Shown here: one piece after another, positions 11,400 through 24,542 of the stretch | Position numbering within the stretch: position 1 is the stretch's first letter | Layout: every line of letters begins with the position of its first letter | From: Octopus sinensis | Lineage: Eukaryota | Direction: 5' to 3' | Assembly (NCBI RefSeq): GCF_006345805.1 | Contig: NC_043023.1 | Coordinates: 6,820,001-6,884,000 of the forward strand | DNA length: 64,000 bases | Program-made: the position numbers and the translations under genes | Notes under the pieces: model-generated | Database searches by the model: none | Seen by the model: the letters and a program-made list of their open reading frames with translations, nothing else | Told to the model about the DNA's origin: nothing

Positions 11400-14100
11400 T
11401 ATAACAGTTTAAGGTAAGTTAAAACTTTATTTAGTTATATTAGATTTATTTTATTTTATTTACTTATTTATTTATTTATTTTATTATGTATATGTTATAT
11501 GTATATATATGGGGATATATTATTATGGATGATTGGGCGTATTTAGAGGTGTATATATTGTGTTTTGTATGTATGTGTGAATGTTTACAATCCCCTTGTA
11601 TTTTATTTGGTATGTTGAATATGGCAGTTTTATTTGGGTATTGTTTGTTGCAATATACGTTTATATAGATATTTAGGAGATTGTCCGTGAATAGGTAGGT
11701 ATGGGTGTGTATGCATGTGTGCGTGTGTACAAGTGCAAGTGTAGATGCGGGAGTGTATGAGTGCTATGTAATTGAGTGGGATTGTTTATGCACTTGTATA
11801 CATGCATGTTTTGAATGTGCGTGTGATTGCACCCGTCTGCATGTACACACTCATATATACATATATTAATATTTATTTACTTTTTTGAAAGAGTGTATTT
11901 TATAAATATGTGTATGGGATGATATGTGTGAATGTATATATTTATATATATTTTATATATATATATATTTATGTTTGTATATGCATTTATTTAATCATTT
12001 ATTGAGAGTCGGATTGAATATATTGGTGTATATATCGAGTTTTGTACGTATGTATATGTATGTGTGAGTGTGTATATGGTTATGTTTGTGGGTGTGTGTA
12101 TATATGTGTGTGTATTTGTGTGTATTGTGGATTTGGTATGGGGGTTTTATCTTTATATTTGTATGTATGGATTTCATTTATCATGATTTTTTATAAAGAA
12201 TTTTTTAGTATTTTAGTCCCCATGCATTATAGCTTGGTATGTTGTTCGTGGTAGTTTTTATTGGGTATTGTTTTGTAGCCATTTATACGTATTTTGGATG
12301 TTTAGGAGGGTGTCCGTGAATATGCATATTATGGGTGTGTGTGCATGTGTGCGCGTGTATAAGTGCATGTGTAGATGTGGGAGTGCATGGTGCTATGTAA
12401 AAGTGTGTTTGTGTATGCACTTGTATACATGCATGATTGATGTGCATGGGATTGCACCCATTTTTTTAGGGATATTTATATTTATTTATTTGTATGGGTG
12501 TGGGAGTGAATTTTTTTATGTATATATCGAGGTTTGTACGTATGTATATGTATGTGTGAGTGGAGTGGGTATATGTATATGTAGTGGGTGTGTGTTTTAC
12601 GTGTGTGTATTTGTGTGTGAATGTATAGATAGGGGGATTGCTATATAGGTATGTTATAGTGTTTAGTAAAGGGAGGTTTTATCGTTATATGTATATATGA
12701 GTTTTCGTTTATCATGGTAGTTTTATTAAAGAATTTGTAGTAATTTCTGTCTGTTTAAGTGTTTAATATATTATTCCATTTATTCCATTCATAATTTTAA
12801 ATAACGTTCATTCTCCACGCGCAAAGACTTTTATAATTCCATTCTGTTCCATTCATAATTCTAAATGACGTTCGTTCACCGAGCTAAGAATTTTTATAAA
12901 TATGTTCGGTTTCTATGGTAACATAATTTTGTTTAAAGTTATAACGGCTAGAGTTTGAATTCACTTCATAAATTAAAACAGATTAGGAGGTATGTATTTT
13001 TTTCTCCTTATGTTAATCTTGTTACTTATGATAATCTGGTTACTTATGGAGTATTTTATATATCTTATTATGTGTAGATATGTTGTTTTTCTTTTGAGTG
13101 TTTATGTATGTGTGAATGTGTGTGTGTGTGCGTATTTGGTTGTGTAATTTATTTATCTATATGGGTGTGGGTGTGAATATATTGTTGTATATATCGAGTT
13201 TAGTACGTATGTATATGTATATGTGAGGGGGTATATGTATATGTTATGGGTGTGTGTTTTACGTATGTGTATTTTTGTGTGTGAATGTATTATGGGGATT
13301 GCTATATAGGTATTATTGTGTATGGTAAAGGGTGTTTTATCATTATATGTATATATGGGTTTCATTATCATGATTGGCTTATTAATGATTTTGGAGTAAA
13401 TTCTGTATATTTACGTTGATTAAATATTATTCCATTCTTTCCATTCATAATTTAAAAAAAAAACGTTCGATCACCACGCGCAAAGAATTGTTTATTTTTC
13501 TTTTGAGTGTTTATGTATGTGTGATTGTGTGTGTGTGTGTGTGTGATTGTTTGCGTAATTTATTTATCAGTATGGGTGTGGGTGTGAATATATTGGTGTA
13601 TATATCGAGTTCTGTATGTATGTATATGTATGTGTGAGCGGGTATATGTATATTGTTTATGACTGTGGGTTGTATGTGTGTGTGAGGGAGTAAGAATAAG
13701 TAATGTGTTGAAGTATTTGGCTATTTAATTAATTTATTCATTTATCGTTGCCTAGACGTTTTTATGTGTATGTATAGAGATATATATATTGGTGTGTGAG
13801 TTAGTGTATGTATTTAGATATGGTTATATATATTTAGTTATATGTGTATGAGCATGTGTGTATATATAGTTTATTTTTATTTTGTTTTTGTTTATGTTTT
13901 TTTTGTTTTTTGTTGTTTGTTTTTTTGTTTTTTGTTTTTTGTTTTTTGTTTTTTGTTTTTTGTACATCTTTAAATATGAGAACTTTAATAATAGGTTTCT
14001 TTATATTCATTTGTTTATAGGGTTGATTTTAGATTATATATTGATTATATATAGATTATATATATTTATATTTTTCATTGATAATTTTATTATTTTAAAC
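11400..14100 (+). repeat. T/G strand-biased region with imperfect 150-250 bp internal direct repeats; probable 3' extension of the Penelope-like element
   Basis: Blocks recur at about 11670-11830 and 12300-12460, at about 12010, 12500, 13160 and 13570, and at about 12770, 12835 and 13430. Confidence 0.55.
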
Positions 14101-14433
14101 TTATAGCCAGCCTCGCCTGGCCCTCGTGCCGGTGGCACATAAAAAGCACCATCCGTTCGTGGCCGTTTGCCAGCTCTGTCTGGCACCAGTGCGGGTGGCA
14201 CGTAAAAAGCACCCACTACACTCACGGAGTGGTTGGCGTTAGGAAGGGCATCCAGCCGTAGAAACATTGCCAGATTTGACTGGGCCTGATGAAGCCTTCT
14301 GGCTTCACAGACCCCAGTAGAACCGTCCAACCCATGCTAGCATGGAAAACGGACGCTAAATGATGATGATGATGATGATGATTTTAATATATTGATATTT
14401 TAGATCGACGAATGTCATTAGATCGACGAATGT

Positions 14434-14474
14434 CACCTGACGAATGTCATTGAAGACATGAAACGATTGTAGTG
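14434..14474 (+). ncRNA. Minimal type-I hammerhead ribozyme (Penelope pLTR type)
   Basis: cac CTGACGA atgtc-attgaa-gacat GAAAC gatt GTA gtg: stem I cac/gtg, 5-bp stem II, intact core, GUA cleavage triplet. Confidence 0.8.
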
Positions 14475-15039
14475 GTGGTTTATTTCTTTATATTAAAGAT
14501 TTTTATGTATTGATTAAGTCTTTCCTTGTTTGTTTTGCAAAATAGTGATTTTTTTTCGAATTAATATTATATATACATATATATATTTTCAACATGTGGT
14601 ACTGCCAGTGTTGACACATTTTTTTCTCTCAATCTCCATTTTACTTCCTCTTCTCTTTCCCTGCCAAACACCATTGACTTCCATTTTTCTCAGGTGTCAA
14701 CCTAACACACCTAGCCTGTTGTTTACTCACCTGTCTCTGTCATTTGTTTTCTGTACATTGGAACCATAAATTTGTATATGTGTGAGTTTCTGTTTTGTTG
14801 TCTTGATATCATGTAATAGTTGTAAATTAGTCTTTTCGAAGGAGTGAAAGGAAGTTCATAATTTAATTCTCTGATTCTTGTGAATATTAGATTTTTTCCT
14901 TATAAATTTCTATCAGTTTAATAATCACAATAATATTCTTTTATTATGTGAAGTGAATGTTGGGAGTAGTAAATTGTTTGTTCACACACAAATGCATGCC
15001 TATATGAAGGCACATGACTCAGTGGTTAAGGTGTTTAGA

Positions 15040-15197
15040 AGAGGACCCTTGCAAATCTATCAGATAGATGGAAGAGCACTGCGGAAAATGGAGAGTATAT
15101 TTGAGATTAAAAATGAACTTTGTTTATCTTAATTTCGAAAAATAGAAGTATAAAATAGAAGTATAAAAAAACAGGATTATTTATGGGATGACCCAAT
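15040..15197 (+). mobile_element. Degenerate mariner 3' end, partly duplicated at about 15848-15941
   Basis: DRWKS..ENGEY-like remnant followed by TIR-like ggattatttatgggatgacccaata. Confidence 0.5.
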
Positions 15198-15942
15198 AAA
15201 TACATATATATATACGTTTTTATTATTATTTTGCTATTTACTTAATCATCGGTATTATTTTTGTTATTTTATTTTTAGTATTTCTATTATATGTAATTTT
15301 CTAGCTGGTGTAATTTAATTGTTCATTTTGAATTGATAAAAGGTGGTTTTTTTCTAATTTATATATATATATGTTATATTTTGTGAAATTTGATTTAGTA
15401 TTTCTAAATTGAATTTTTTCCTGTAAGTTAGGAATAATATTCCCTCATCATCATGATCATCATCATTATTTAGCGTCCGCTTTCCATGCTAGCATGGGTT
15501 GGACGAATGACTGAGGGCTGACGAACCAGATGGCTGCACCAGGCTCCAATCTTGATCTGGCAGAGTTTCTACAGCTGGATGCCCTTCCTAACACCAACCA
15601 CTCCGAGAGTGTAGTGGGTGCTTTTATGTGCCACCATCATGGGGCCAATCAGGCGGTACTGGCAACGACCTTGCTCGAATCTTTTACACATGCCACTGGC
15701 ACAGGTGCCAGTAAGGTGATGCTGGTAACAATCACGCTTGAATGGTGTCTTTTATGTGCCACCGGCACGGAAGCCAGATAGCTGCTTTGGCAACAATCAC
15801 GCTCGGATGGTGTTCTTTGCATCCCGCTAGCACAGACACCAGTGCTAGTATATTTGAGATGAAAAATGAACTTTGTTTATCTTAATTTTGAAAAATAAAA
15901 GAAGTATAAAAAAACAAGATTATTTATGGGATGACCCAATAA

Positions 15943-15973
<31 letters not shown>

Positions 15974-16555
15974 GCACCCACTACACTCTCAGAGTTGTTG
16001 GTGTTAGGAAGGGCATCTAGCTGTAGAAACTCTGCCAGATCAGACTGGAAGCCTGGAGCAGCCTCCTGGCTTCCCAGACTCCAGTCAAATTGTCCAACCC
16101 ATGCCAGCATGGAAAGTAGATGGTAAACAATGATGATGATGATAATGATGATATATAAAGTTGTGATATTTGTGGAATTTTTTTTTTCGTTTTTCTAGAG
16201 CATTAATTTGTAGCTTATTTTTGTAAAATTGTGTATTTCAGTACATGTGTGTATCCACCAAAATGTCAATCCAGTCCTTTATTCTTTACTTACTCACACG
16301 CTTTCTGTAATTTGCTTGTGTGTGTGAGTGTGTGTATGTGAATGTCTGAATGTGGATGGATTTGTGCATGTAATTATATATCGACATACATGCACATATA
16401 TGTGTACATGTACATATATGTGTGTGTGTGTGTGTATATGTACGTGTGTATATATATACATGTGGGTTTTTAATGAGTGAAGTTATGGAGAATTATTTAC
16501 ATATACATATATCTGTATGTGTTATATGTGTACACACACAGACACATACATACAT

Positions 16556-16605
<50 letters not shown>

Positions 16606-17739
16606 ATTATATATATATATATATATATAATATATATATATATATACATGCATATATCAATAAAAACAACATAGATGTATCTCTTTTACTCTTTTACTTG
16701 TTTCAGTCATTTGAATGCAGCCATGCTGGAGCACCACCTTTAGTCAAGCAAATCGACCCCAGGACTTATTCTTTGTAAACCTAGTACTTATTCTATTGGT
16801 CTCTTTTGCCGAACTGCTAAGTTACGGGGACGTAAACCCACCAGCATCAGTTGTCAAGTGATGTTGGGGACACAAACACAGACACACAAACATATACACA
16901 CATATATATATACATATATACGATGGGCTTCTTTCAGTTTCCGTCTACCAAATCCACTCACAAAGCTTTGGTCGGCCCGAGGCTATAGTAGAAGACATTT
17001 GCCCAAGGTGCCACGCAGTGGGAATGAACCCAGAGCCGTGTGGTTTGTAAGCAAGCTACTTACCACACAGCCACTCCTGCGCCTACATGTATGTTTTTCA
17101 TTAATATTTACCAGAAGCAAATTTCACCAAGGTCGACTTTGCCTTTTATCCTTCTAGGGTTGCTAAAATAAGTACCAGCTGGGCACTGGGGTTGATGTAA
17201 TCAACTTACCACCTCTCCCGAAATTGCTGGCCTTGTGCCAAAATTTGAAATCTGTATTTAGCAAAAGTAGCAGAATGACTCAAGGGCTGAGAGTTCCATG
17301 TGTTGGCATTTATCAAACTAGTTTCAGATCAAAGAGTTGTGGATTTCTATAATTGGCGGTAATTTATTCTAGAACAATCAAGAGAATAGTGATTATCACC
17401 AATTATATAAATTCACAATTCTTTGTTCTGTAACTACTTTGATAAATGCCAACACATGAAACTCTCAGCCCTTGTATCACTCTGTTGCTTCTACCAAATA
17501 TTAATAAAAATATACATATTCTCATATTTTGTGTTCTATTGGGTTGTCCGGAAAGTTCGTGTTTTCTAAGTTTTAGAATATTTATTTATTTGTCCTTCAT
17601 CCAATGTTCTTTTTCCTACCAGGAAATCAACATGGAATACACTGTAAGGTATCTGTTTCTTTGAATCTCATTAAGTTGATGGGGAACAAACCTATCCATC
17701 TTTTTGACTTTTCCAATTTCCTTCAAGTGTCAAGAAGTA

Positions 17740-18289
17740 TTGGATTGTCTGGAAAGTTCATGCCGATTTATAGTCGCTTACATTTCAACTTATTTTAGAA
17801 CATGGTTGAGTCCATAAAATAGGATTTGACTACACCTCCATTTAGAACACAGTTTAAGCTATATTTGTGTGGAAGAAGGTTTATGTTCCTATAACCTGTG
17901 TTAAAATGGAAGATAAGAAAGTTCATTTTCGGCACTTGATGCTTTGGGAACCAGACAAAAATTGCTGCAGCTCGGCCGGGATGTGCTACCCCACCCTCCA
18001 TATTCACCAGATATTACTCCTTCGGATTTCCACTTATTCAGGTCTCTGCAGAATAGTCTTAATGGTAAAAATTTCAATTCCTTGGATGACGTAAAAAGAT
18101 ACTTTGATGAATTCTTTGCCATGAAACCACCTCAGTTCTGGGAAGAGGGTACTTTCAAGATAAAGGGAAGATGGAGATGCATTGTGCAACAAAATGGTTC
18201 ATATTTGGTTGATTAAAAATATAATGGCAAATATTTATTGACCTTTTTCTTTCCTTTAAAAATCGGCATGAACTTTCCGTACAACCCAA
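17740..18289 (+). mobile_element. Internally deleted mariner (Tc1/mariner) element, about 550 bp
   Basis: TIRs ttgg(g/a)ttgtc.ggaaagttcatgccgattt, TA flanks, transposase C-terminus HPPYSPDITPSDFHLFRSLQN. Confidence 0.88.
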
Positions 18290-18384
18290 TAGTATAAAAA
18301 AATAAGGTTTTTCATCTCATTCGTTTAATGAGATCTTCAACTTTCTTGAGGAATATCCAGAGATATAGTTTATTCGGTGGTGAT

Positions 18385-18574
18385 ACCTTGATGAATTCTT
18401 TGTCATGAAACCGCCTCAGTTCTGGGAAGAGGGCATTTTCAAGTTTAAAGGAAAGATGGAGATGCACTGTGCAACAAAATGGTTCATATTTGGTTGATTA
18501 AAAATATAATGGCAAATATTTATTGACCTTTTTCTTTCCTTTAAAAATCGGCATGAACTTTCCAGACAACCCAA
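18385..18574 (+). mobile_element. 3' fragment of the same mariner family
   Basis: Matches about 18098-18289, including the right TIR. Confidence 0.75.
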
Positions 18575-18735
18575 TATTTTTCCTGTGTGCATCACCATAT
18601 CCATCCATCTATCTGCCTCTGTGTGTGTGTGTGTTTGTGATTATTCATTTTTATTTCAAGATTTCTAATCTAGATCCAAGGTGCCTTCATGGGAATTTCA
18701 CTATCATCAACAGGGTAAATTTGTATGTATGTATG

Positions 18736-19152
18736 TGTAACAGGATCTGGAATCGGTATCACTGAAGGGGTGTCGATCCGATCCCGTCACATACAATTTA
18801 GTTAAATATAACAGACGAAGTCAGGTTATCTGGGAAAGACAGCAAATGTTGTTTTATTACTCGTGATGGTGTACGAATTTCTGAAGGGAAAACGACAGCC
18901 GAATCTCTTGTACAGCTTCTTCGTTGATTGAAGTGATTCGATGTCGTCCGCGGCTAAGTCGGTATAGTTATCAGAGACTACCAAATGCACGTCTGTTCAC
19001 GATGGCTGAATTGGCCAGAGAGGATGAATGAGTGATTTGCCTCTTAGGGGTCAGTTTCCCGCACATGCGCATGGGGAAGACTTCCAGTGGCCACCCGGAA
19101 GTAGTCCCATTCTGCGCATGCGCGCTGAACCTTATACAGTAGCATCACTACA
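18736..19152 (-). mobile_element. Probable solo LTR (Gypsy-like), 417 bp
   Basis: TGTAA...CTACA termini, 4-bp TSD TATG (18732-18735 and 19153-19156), CpG-rich, minus-strand AATAAA near 18853. Confidence 0.7.
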
Positions 19153-20521
19153 TATGCATGTATGTGTGGAGGTGCAATAGCCCAGTGGTTAGGACAGTGG
19201 ACTTGCGTTCGTAGGATCGCAGTTTCGATTCCCAGACCAGGTGTTGTGAGTGTTTATTGAGTGAAAACACCTAAAGCACCATGAGGCTCCGGCAGATTTC
19301 CGAGATGCCGGAGCAGATTTCCGCCCTGACATCCGAAACTCGGAGTTTTATTATGGCAACCGAATAATTGTCACATAATATATATATATATATATATAGA
19401 TAAATATATATACACACACTCTTTACTCTTTTACTTGTTTCAGCCATTTGAGTGCAGCCATGCTGGAGCACCAACTTTAGTCGAGCAAATCGAACCCAGG
19501 ACTGATTCTTCGGAAGCCTAGTACTTATTCTATTGGTCTCTTTTGCCGAACCGCTAAGTTACAGGGATGTAAACACACCACCATCAGACAAACATATACA
19601 CACACATACATACATATATATATACAACATGCTTCTTTCAGTTTCTGTTTACCAAATCCACTCACAAGGCTATTGTAGAAGCTACTTCCCCAAGGTGCCA
19701 CACAGTGGGACTGAACCCAGAACTATTATTATTGATATATATATGTATGTATATGTGTAATTATAAGATCCATGGATCAAAGTGTAGGAAGCTTGTAAGC
19801 TTTGAGCAGTCCATGGTAGGAGTAAAAGACAATGTTCAGGAACAAATAATTTATTGGCATTAAAGGTTGTTTCTTTTCCCATATTGAAGTTTGTGAAGTT
19901 TAAAAGAAAATTTATCATCATCATCATCGTTTAATGTCCGTTCTCCATGCTAGCATGGGTTGGACTGTTCGACCGGGGATCTGGGAAGCCAGAAGGCTGC
20001 ACCAGGCTCCGGTCTTATCTGGCAGTGTTTCTACAGCTGGATGCCCTTCCTAATACCAACCACTCCGTGAGTGTAGTGGGTGGTTTTTACGTGCCACCTG
20101 CACAGATGCCAGGCGAGGCTGGCATTGGCCACGGTCGGATTGGTGCATTTTACGTGTCACCGGCACGGAAGCCAGTCGAGGCGGCGCTGGCATCGGCCAC
20201 GATTCGGAGTGCTTTTTACATATCTCCAGTCCAGGGGTCCTGGCATCTGCCGGTTGCCAGTCATAGGATTGGTTCAGTTTCGATTCCGATTTTATATAGC
20301 TCATAATTAGCAACTTGAGTTGCTATGAATGCAAATAATATCCAAATTGAGTGAGTTGAGCAGGTAACATCCAGGCTAAATACGTTTCCTAGGTAGCAGA
20401 TTCTCTGATGTAATAATTACCTAACGAGGAGTACTCAGTTAGCTACACATCAGGCTGAAGAGACCTTAATTACATCATGGTTATATTATCATTAATCCCT
20501 TGATGCCGGTATTACCTGAAG

Positions 20522-20757
20522 CAGGTGGCGAGCTGGCAGAAACGTTAGCATGCCGGGCGAAATGCTTTGCGGTATTTCGTCTGCCGTTACGTTGTGAGTT
20601 CAAATTCCGCCGAGGTCGACTTTGCCTTCATCCTTTTGGGGTCGATAAATTAAGTACCAGTTACCCACTGGGGTCGATGTAATCGATTTAATACCTAAGT
20701 CTGTCCTTGTTTGTCCCCTCTGTGTTTAGCCCCTTGTGGGTAGTAAAGAAATAGGTA
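20522..20757 (+). mobile_element. tRNA-derived SINE, family C (Meta-domain-like). Other copies at about 27040-27470, 32775-33187, 34985-35215, 35693-35925 and 55098-55690.
   Basis: GAGCTGGCAGAAACG...GAGTTCAAATTC boxes and a GCCTT(T)CATCCTTT.GGGGTCGATAAATTAAGTACCAG central domain. Confidence 0.75.
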
Positions 20758-20846
20758 TTACCTGAAGCATGCGAGACACTGCTCGGTTTTTTGTTAAATG
20801 GCTCATGTCTATTTATGTTCACAGTTACAGTAACATAGCGTCATTA

Positions 20847-21258
20847 GGATCTTTTCCGTTTGAACGGCAGTTTTTAACATAATTCCTAGGTAACTAAACA
20901 CTTTTAAACTTCGTATACTGGTAGAATGTGTTTATAAAACATCTTTTTCTCTTTGCTTTATTGAGAAAATTCTATAGTTTGTAACATATTTGTTGTTTTT
21001 TTTCTTCAATTTCTGCAATTTCAACCAATCAATGACGTCCATTGAGGTAAAAAAAACATTCTGTGCCGTTTGAATATGTCCCTCGTTTAAGAAACAGATT
21101 GGGTTTATTTACATTTGTGAAGAAAAAAGGATACCCTTCCCCCACCCCTAACCCTAAAACCGATTGAAATGCAATAGATCGATACTAGGGTCATAATTAT
21201 GGGTGACAATTTCATATGACACCGCTAGAAAAAACTGCCGTTCAAACCGAAAAGATCT
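20847..21258. mobile_element. MITE with about 29-bp TIRs (possibly Mutator-like)
   Basis: ggatcttttccgtttgaacggcagttttt ... aaaaactgccgttcaaaccgaaaagatct; imperfect 9-bp TSD gcgtcatta/gcgtcatat; internal ccctaaccctaa. Confidence 0.7.
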
Positions 21259-21540
21259 GCGTCATATATTTACGTCTACCGGTTTATGAAAACGAACTAC
21301 GTGAAGCTATTTATCATAATAGGATATGCATGAGTTATTCTGCTCAAGTTCAGAAAATAGCTTCCGGTATTATGCATGTAAAGTATCCGCATGTCAATGG
21401 TCTACTGCTAGTCTCATGACTTGTACTTAACCTAAAATAGCTAAGATAATGCATGGGACGGCAAGCACGTGCACCTCAAAAGATAAAGTACATGATAGAG
21501 AACGTAAACATACGTCAGTCGCTAAAACGTCCGTGATAGA

Positions 21541-22813
21541 TGTAGGGCAGCTCTACATCATATATTTACATTAACCGCAGTTCCAGGAACAGATGACCAG
21601 CCATGCTCCAGCTTCAGCCACTACGACGCTAATGTAAGCCCGCAATGTAGGACATTCTCAATCTCCGCTGCCATCATCACCATCGTCGTACTTCATCTTC
21701 ATGTCGTCTCCATTCTGCCGTCGACTTCAACATGTACACATCAACACAACCAAGTTTAACAACGCTGTTTGCATGAATATTTCACCAAGGTGAAACAGTT
21801 GCAGTATATAAGAAAGTACTATATCAAGAGACTCGGCTCGGCGTTGAGGTTCCAACCGCTGCATATACGCTCAACTGGCCTTCGCCTTGAGACCCCCAAC
21901 ATCTTGCTATAGAACTCTTACTATTGTGTACCTCATGAACTGGTAAACTAACTCTATCTTAACTCAATATGCTGAGACTTATCCTATGCTCTGTATTTCT
22001 GTTTATGTGCATACACCTTTTGTCTGTACCTTCGGTCACACACAGACACAAATACTTGTCGCATGCATTCATACACATCACTCGCTAGCAATCACACACT
22101 CTCTCTTTGTACACATTGTGAATAAAGTCCTTTTCTCTCTCAAACAGTAGAACGGTTGGTTGTCCTCATTCATTTATTCTGTTGGCACTGTATTTTATAT
22201 GTAACTAGCAGTATCGCCCGGCGTTGCTCGGGTTTGTAAGGGAAATAACTATATAAGCATTTTTAGAGAGTTACTTCCCTTATAGATGCCAATTCGGGCT
22301 TTCTTAGCCATTTCTGTTTTGGTGTCTTCAAGCCATGAAGTCGTTCTAAAAGAACGCTGGTCTCCTTGACAACGCTTTACGGCGTTGATTTCCTTACACT
22401 CCCTTCCCCACAGCTTCACGAGGGAGGGAAGAAGGGGGAGAAACAAACAGGTGCAGGTGTGACCATGGACGCCAACTCCGCCGCCATCGACACACGAAAA
22501 ATTATGCATTAAAATGGAATAAAAAATGATGTTAAATTATTTTTAAAATCGTAGACTCATCGTAGACGCGTGCTAATACTCAGACGGGCTCGATATGAAT
22601 CACAACTATAAGATACCCGAATTTGGTTAAACTGCACTGCAAAATGTGGGAGTAGTTAGGAATCTAAGTCAAAGGGGACAGACACTCACACAACTACAGT
22701 TTTATATATATAGATGTATTTGGCTTCATATATTATGCTAGGGAACGACCGTGCGGTGTTCTAAAGGAGACATTTGTCGCTATCTCCTTATGTGCGGTTG
22801 TCCAAACCCTACA
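21541..22813 (+). mobile_element. Probable solo LTR interrupted by a Helitron
   Basis: TGTAGGG...CCCTACA termini, TATATAA near 21806, AATAAA at 22121; no matching TSD seen. Confidence 0.5.
22205..22714 (-). mobile_element. Non-autonomous Helitron
   Basis: 5' TC, 3' hairpin cccgagcaacgccggg followed by CTAG, inserted at A|T with no TSD. Confidence 0.8.
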
Positions 22814-24130
22814 CTTGTATGGAGGCTATAGAATTAAAGGTTGGGATTGTGAAAAGCGATGGCTATTATTTGAGGGAAATGAGTTGACTGGTTCAGTAGC
22901 TGAGGCAGGTGAGAAGATGGTCAAAAGTAGTTGTTAGCCAGACCGTAAACTATATATATTTATATACACATACATATATGCACACACACAGCAGGCTTCT
23001 TTCAGATTCTTATTTCTTTATTGCCCACAAGGGCAATAAAGTCCCTTCTATTGGACTTTCTTCAGTTTCTGAAGGAGAGCGTGTGCTCGAAATGTTAAAC
23101 TATCTTTGTTTCCTTCAAGAAGCATTTGCTAATACATTATACGGAGGCGCAATGGCCCAGTGGTTAGGGCAGCGGACTCGCGGTCGTAGGATCGCGGTTT
23201 CGATTCCCAGACTGGGCGTTGTGAGTGTTTATTGAGCGAAAACACCTAAAGCTCCACAAGGCTCTGGCAGGGGATGGTGGTGATCGCTGCTGTACTCTTT
23301 CACCACAACTTTCTCTCACTCTTACTTCCTGTTTCTGTTGTACCTGTATTTCAAGGGGCCGGCCTTGTCACTCTCTGTGTCACGCTGAATATCCCCGAGA
23401 ACTATGTTAAGGGTGCACGTGTCTGTGGAGTGCTCAGCCACTTACACATTAATTTCACGAGCAGGCTGTTCCGTTGATTCGGATCAACTGGAACCCTCGT
23501 CATCGGAACTGACGGAGTGCTTCCACATGTACCATGTTCTCATGTTGTTGTTTTTTTGTGTTTGTTCCTTTTTGAATTTATTCTTCTTTCAGATTCTATC
23601 AAATTTACTTGTAAAGCTTCGGGCAGTCCATTATAAGGCATATTCCCATGGTACCACACAGTAGGACTGAACCCGAAACCATGAGGTTGGAAAACGAAAG
23701 CAAAAGAAAAACACAACAGTTTATATTTTTTTACAAACAACTTTTAATCAACAATTAAAAAATAACAATTCGTTAATCTGGTTTTATTCTGCTTATGTCA
23801 CTGATGGGACAAATGGAAAGGCATGATGTCCAACACATCACATTAATTTTATATCTTTTTTTTTTTACTCGTGATGTAGGATATGCTGTTAAATGGGTGT
23901 AGAATATATTTGTACAGGATATGTCATAGTTGTAACTGCATACACATATACACTCTTGATATCTGTATACACATTTATATATATATATACATATAAGAAG
24001 GATGACCTGTAAGTGGACATCCATTATGCTAGAAGTAGATCCGCTATGGTCTTACCACTAAGAAAGAAAATTTAGCAAACGCCAGAACGTAAATGAGCAA
24101 GACAAATGAAAAGATACAAAATATAGATTA

Positions 24131-24190
24131 ATCACAAAACCGGTTTCATTGTTATTGCTTACGTAATTGTCCACAACTCATCAGCGTGAT
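24131..24190 (-). ncRNA. Hammerhead-ribozyme-like motif
   Basis: atcacg CTGATGA gttgt...acaat GAAA ccgg TT tt gtgat; palindromic stem/loop III. Confidence 0.55.
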
Positions 24191-24463
24191 CGTCTTTGCA
24201 AATATAATTTGCAGAACTGTACACAAGTCATCCGATTGAGATTGGACATGTATACAGTTCTACCAATTATACTTGGGGGTTATCTTTCAAAGTCTTCGTT
24301 TTGGCACGCCAAAATACTGGAAATAATTCTGCAGAAAATAATTCTCTGCAGTGAATTTTGCCCGTTAGAGAACATAGTTATTTAAATTTTTCACCCTTAT
24401 TATATATATATAAATATATATACACAAACACGCCTGCACAGAGTTACATGTATGTATGTTTAC

Positions 24464-24510
<47 letters not shown>

Positions 24511-24542
24511 GAGAAACTTACCTATGTGTGTATGTGTATATA

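Noticed and set aside
14286-14310. CTGATGA followed by a hairpin inside a family D repeat
   Set aside because: No GAAA follows the stem, and other copies read CTGGTGCA; it is a chance mutation.
20368-20475. Hammerhead halves on opposite strands (caggCTGAAGA on +, GAAAcgtatttagcctgg on -)
   Set aside because: They cannot be assembled into one core on a single strand; at most a rearranged remnant.
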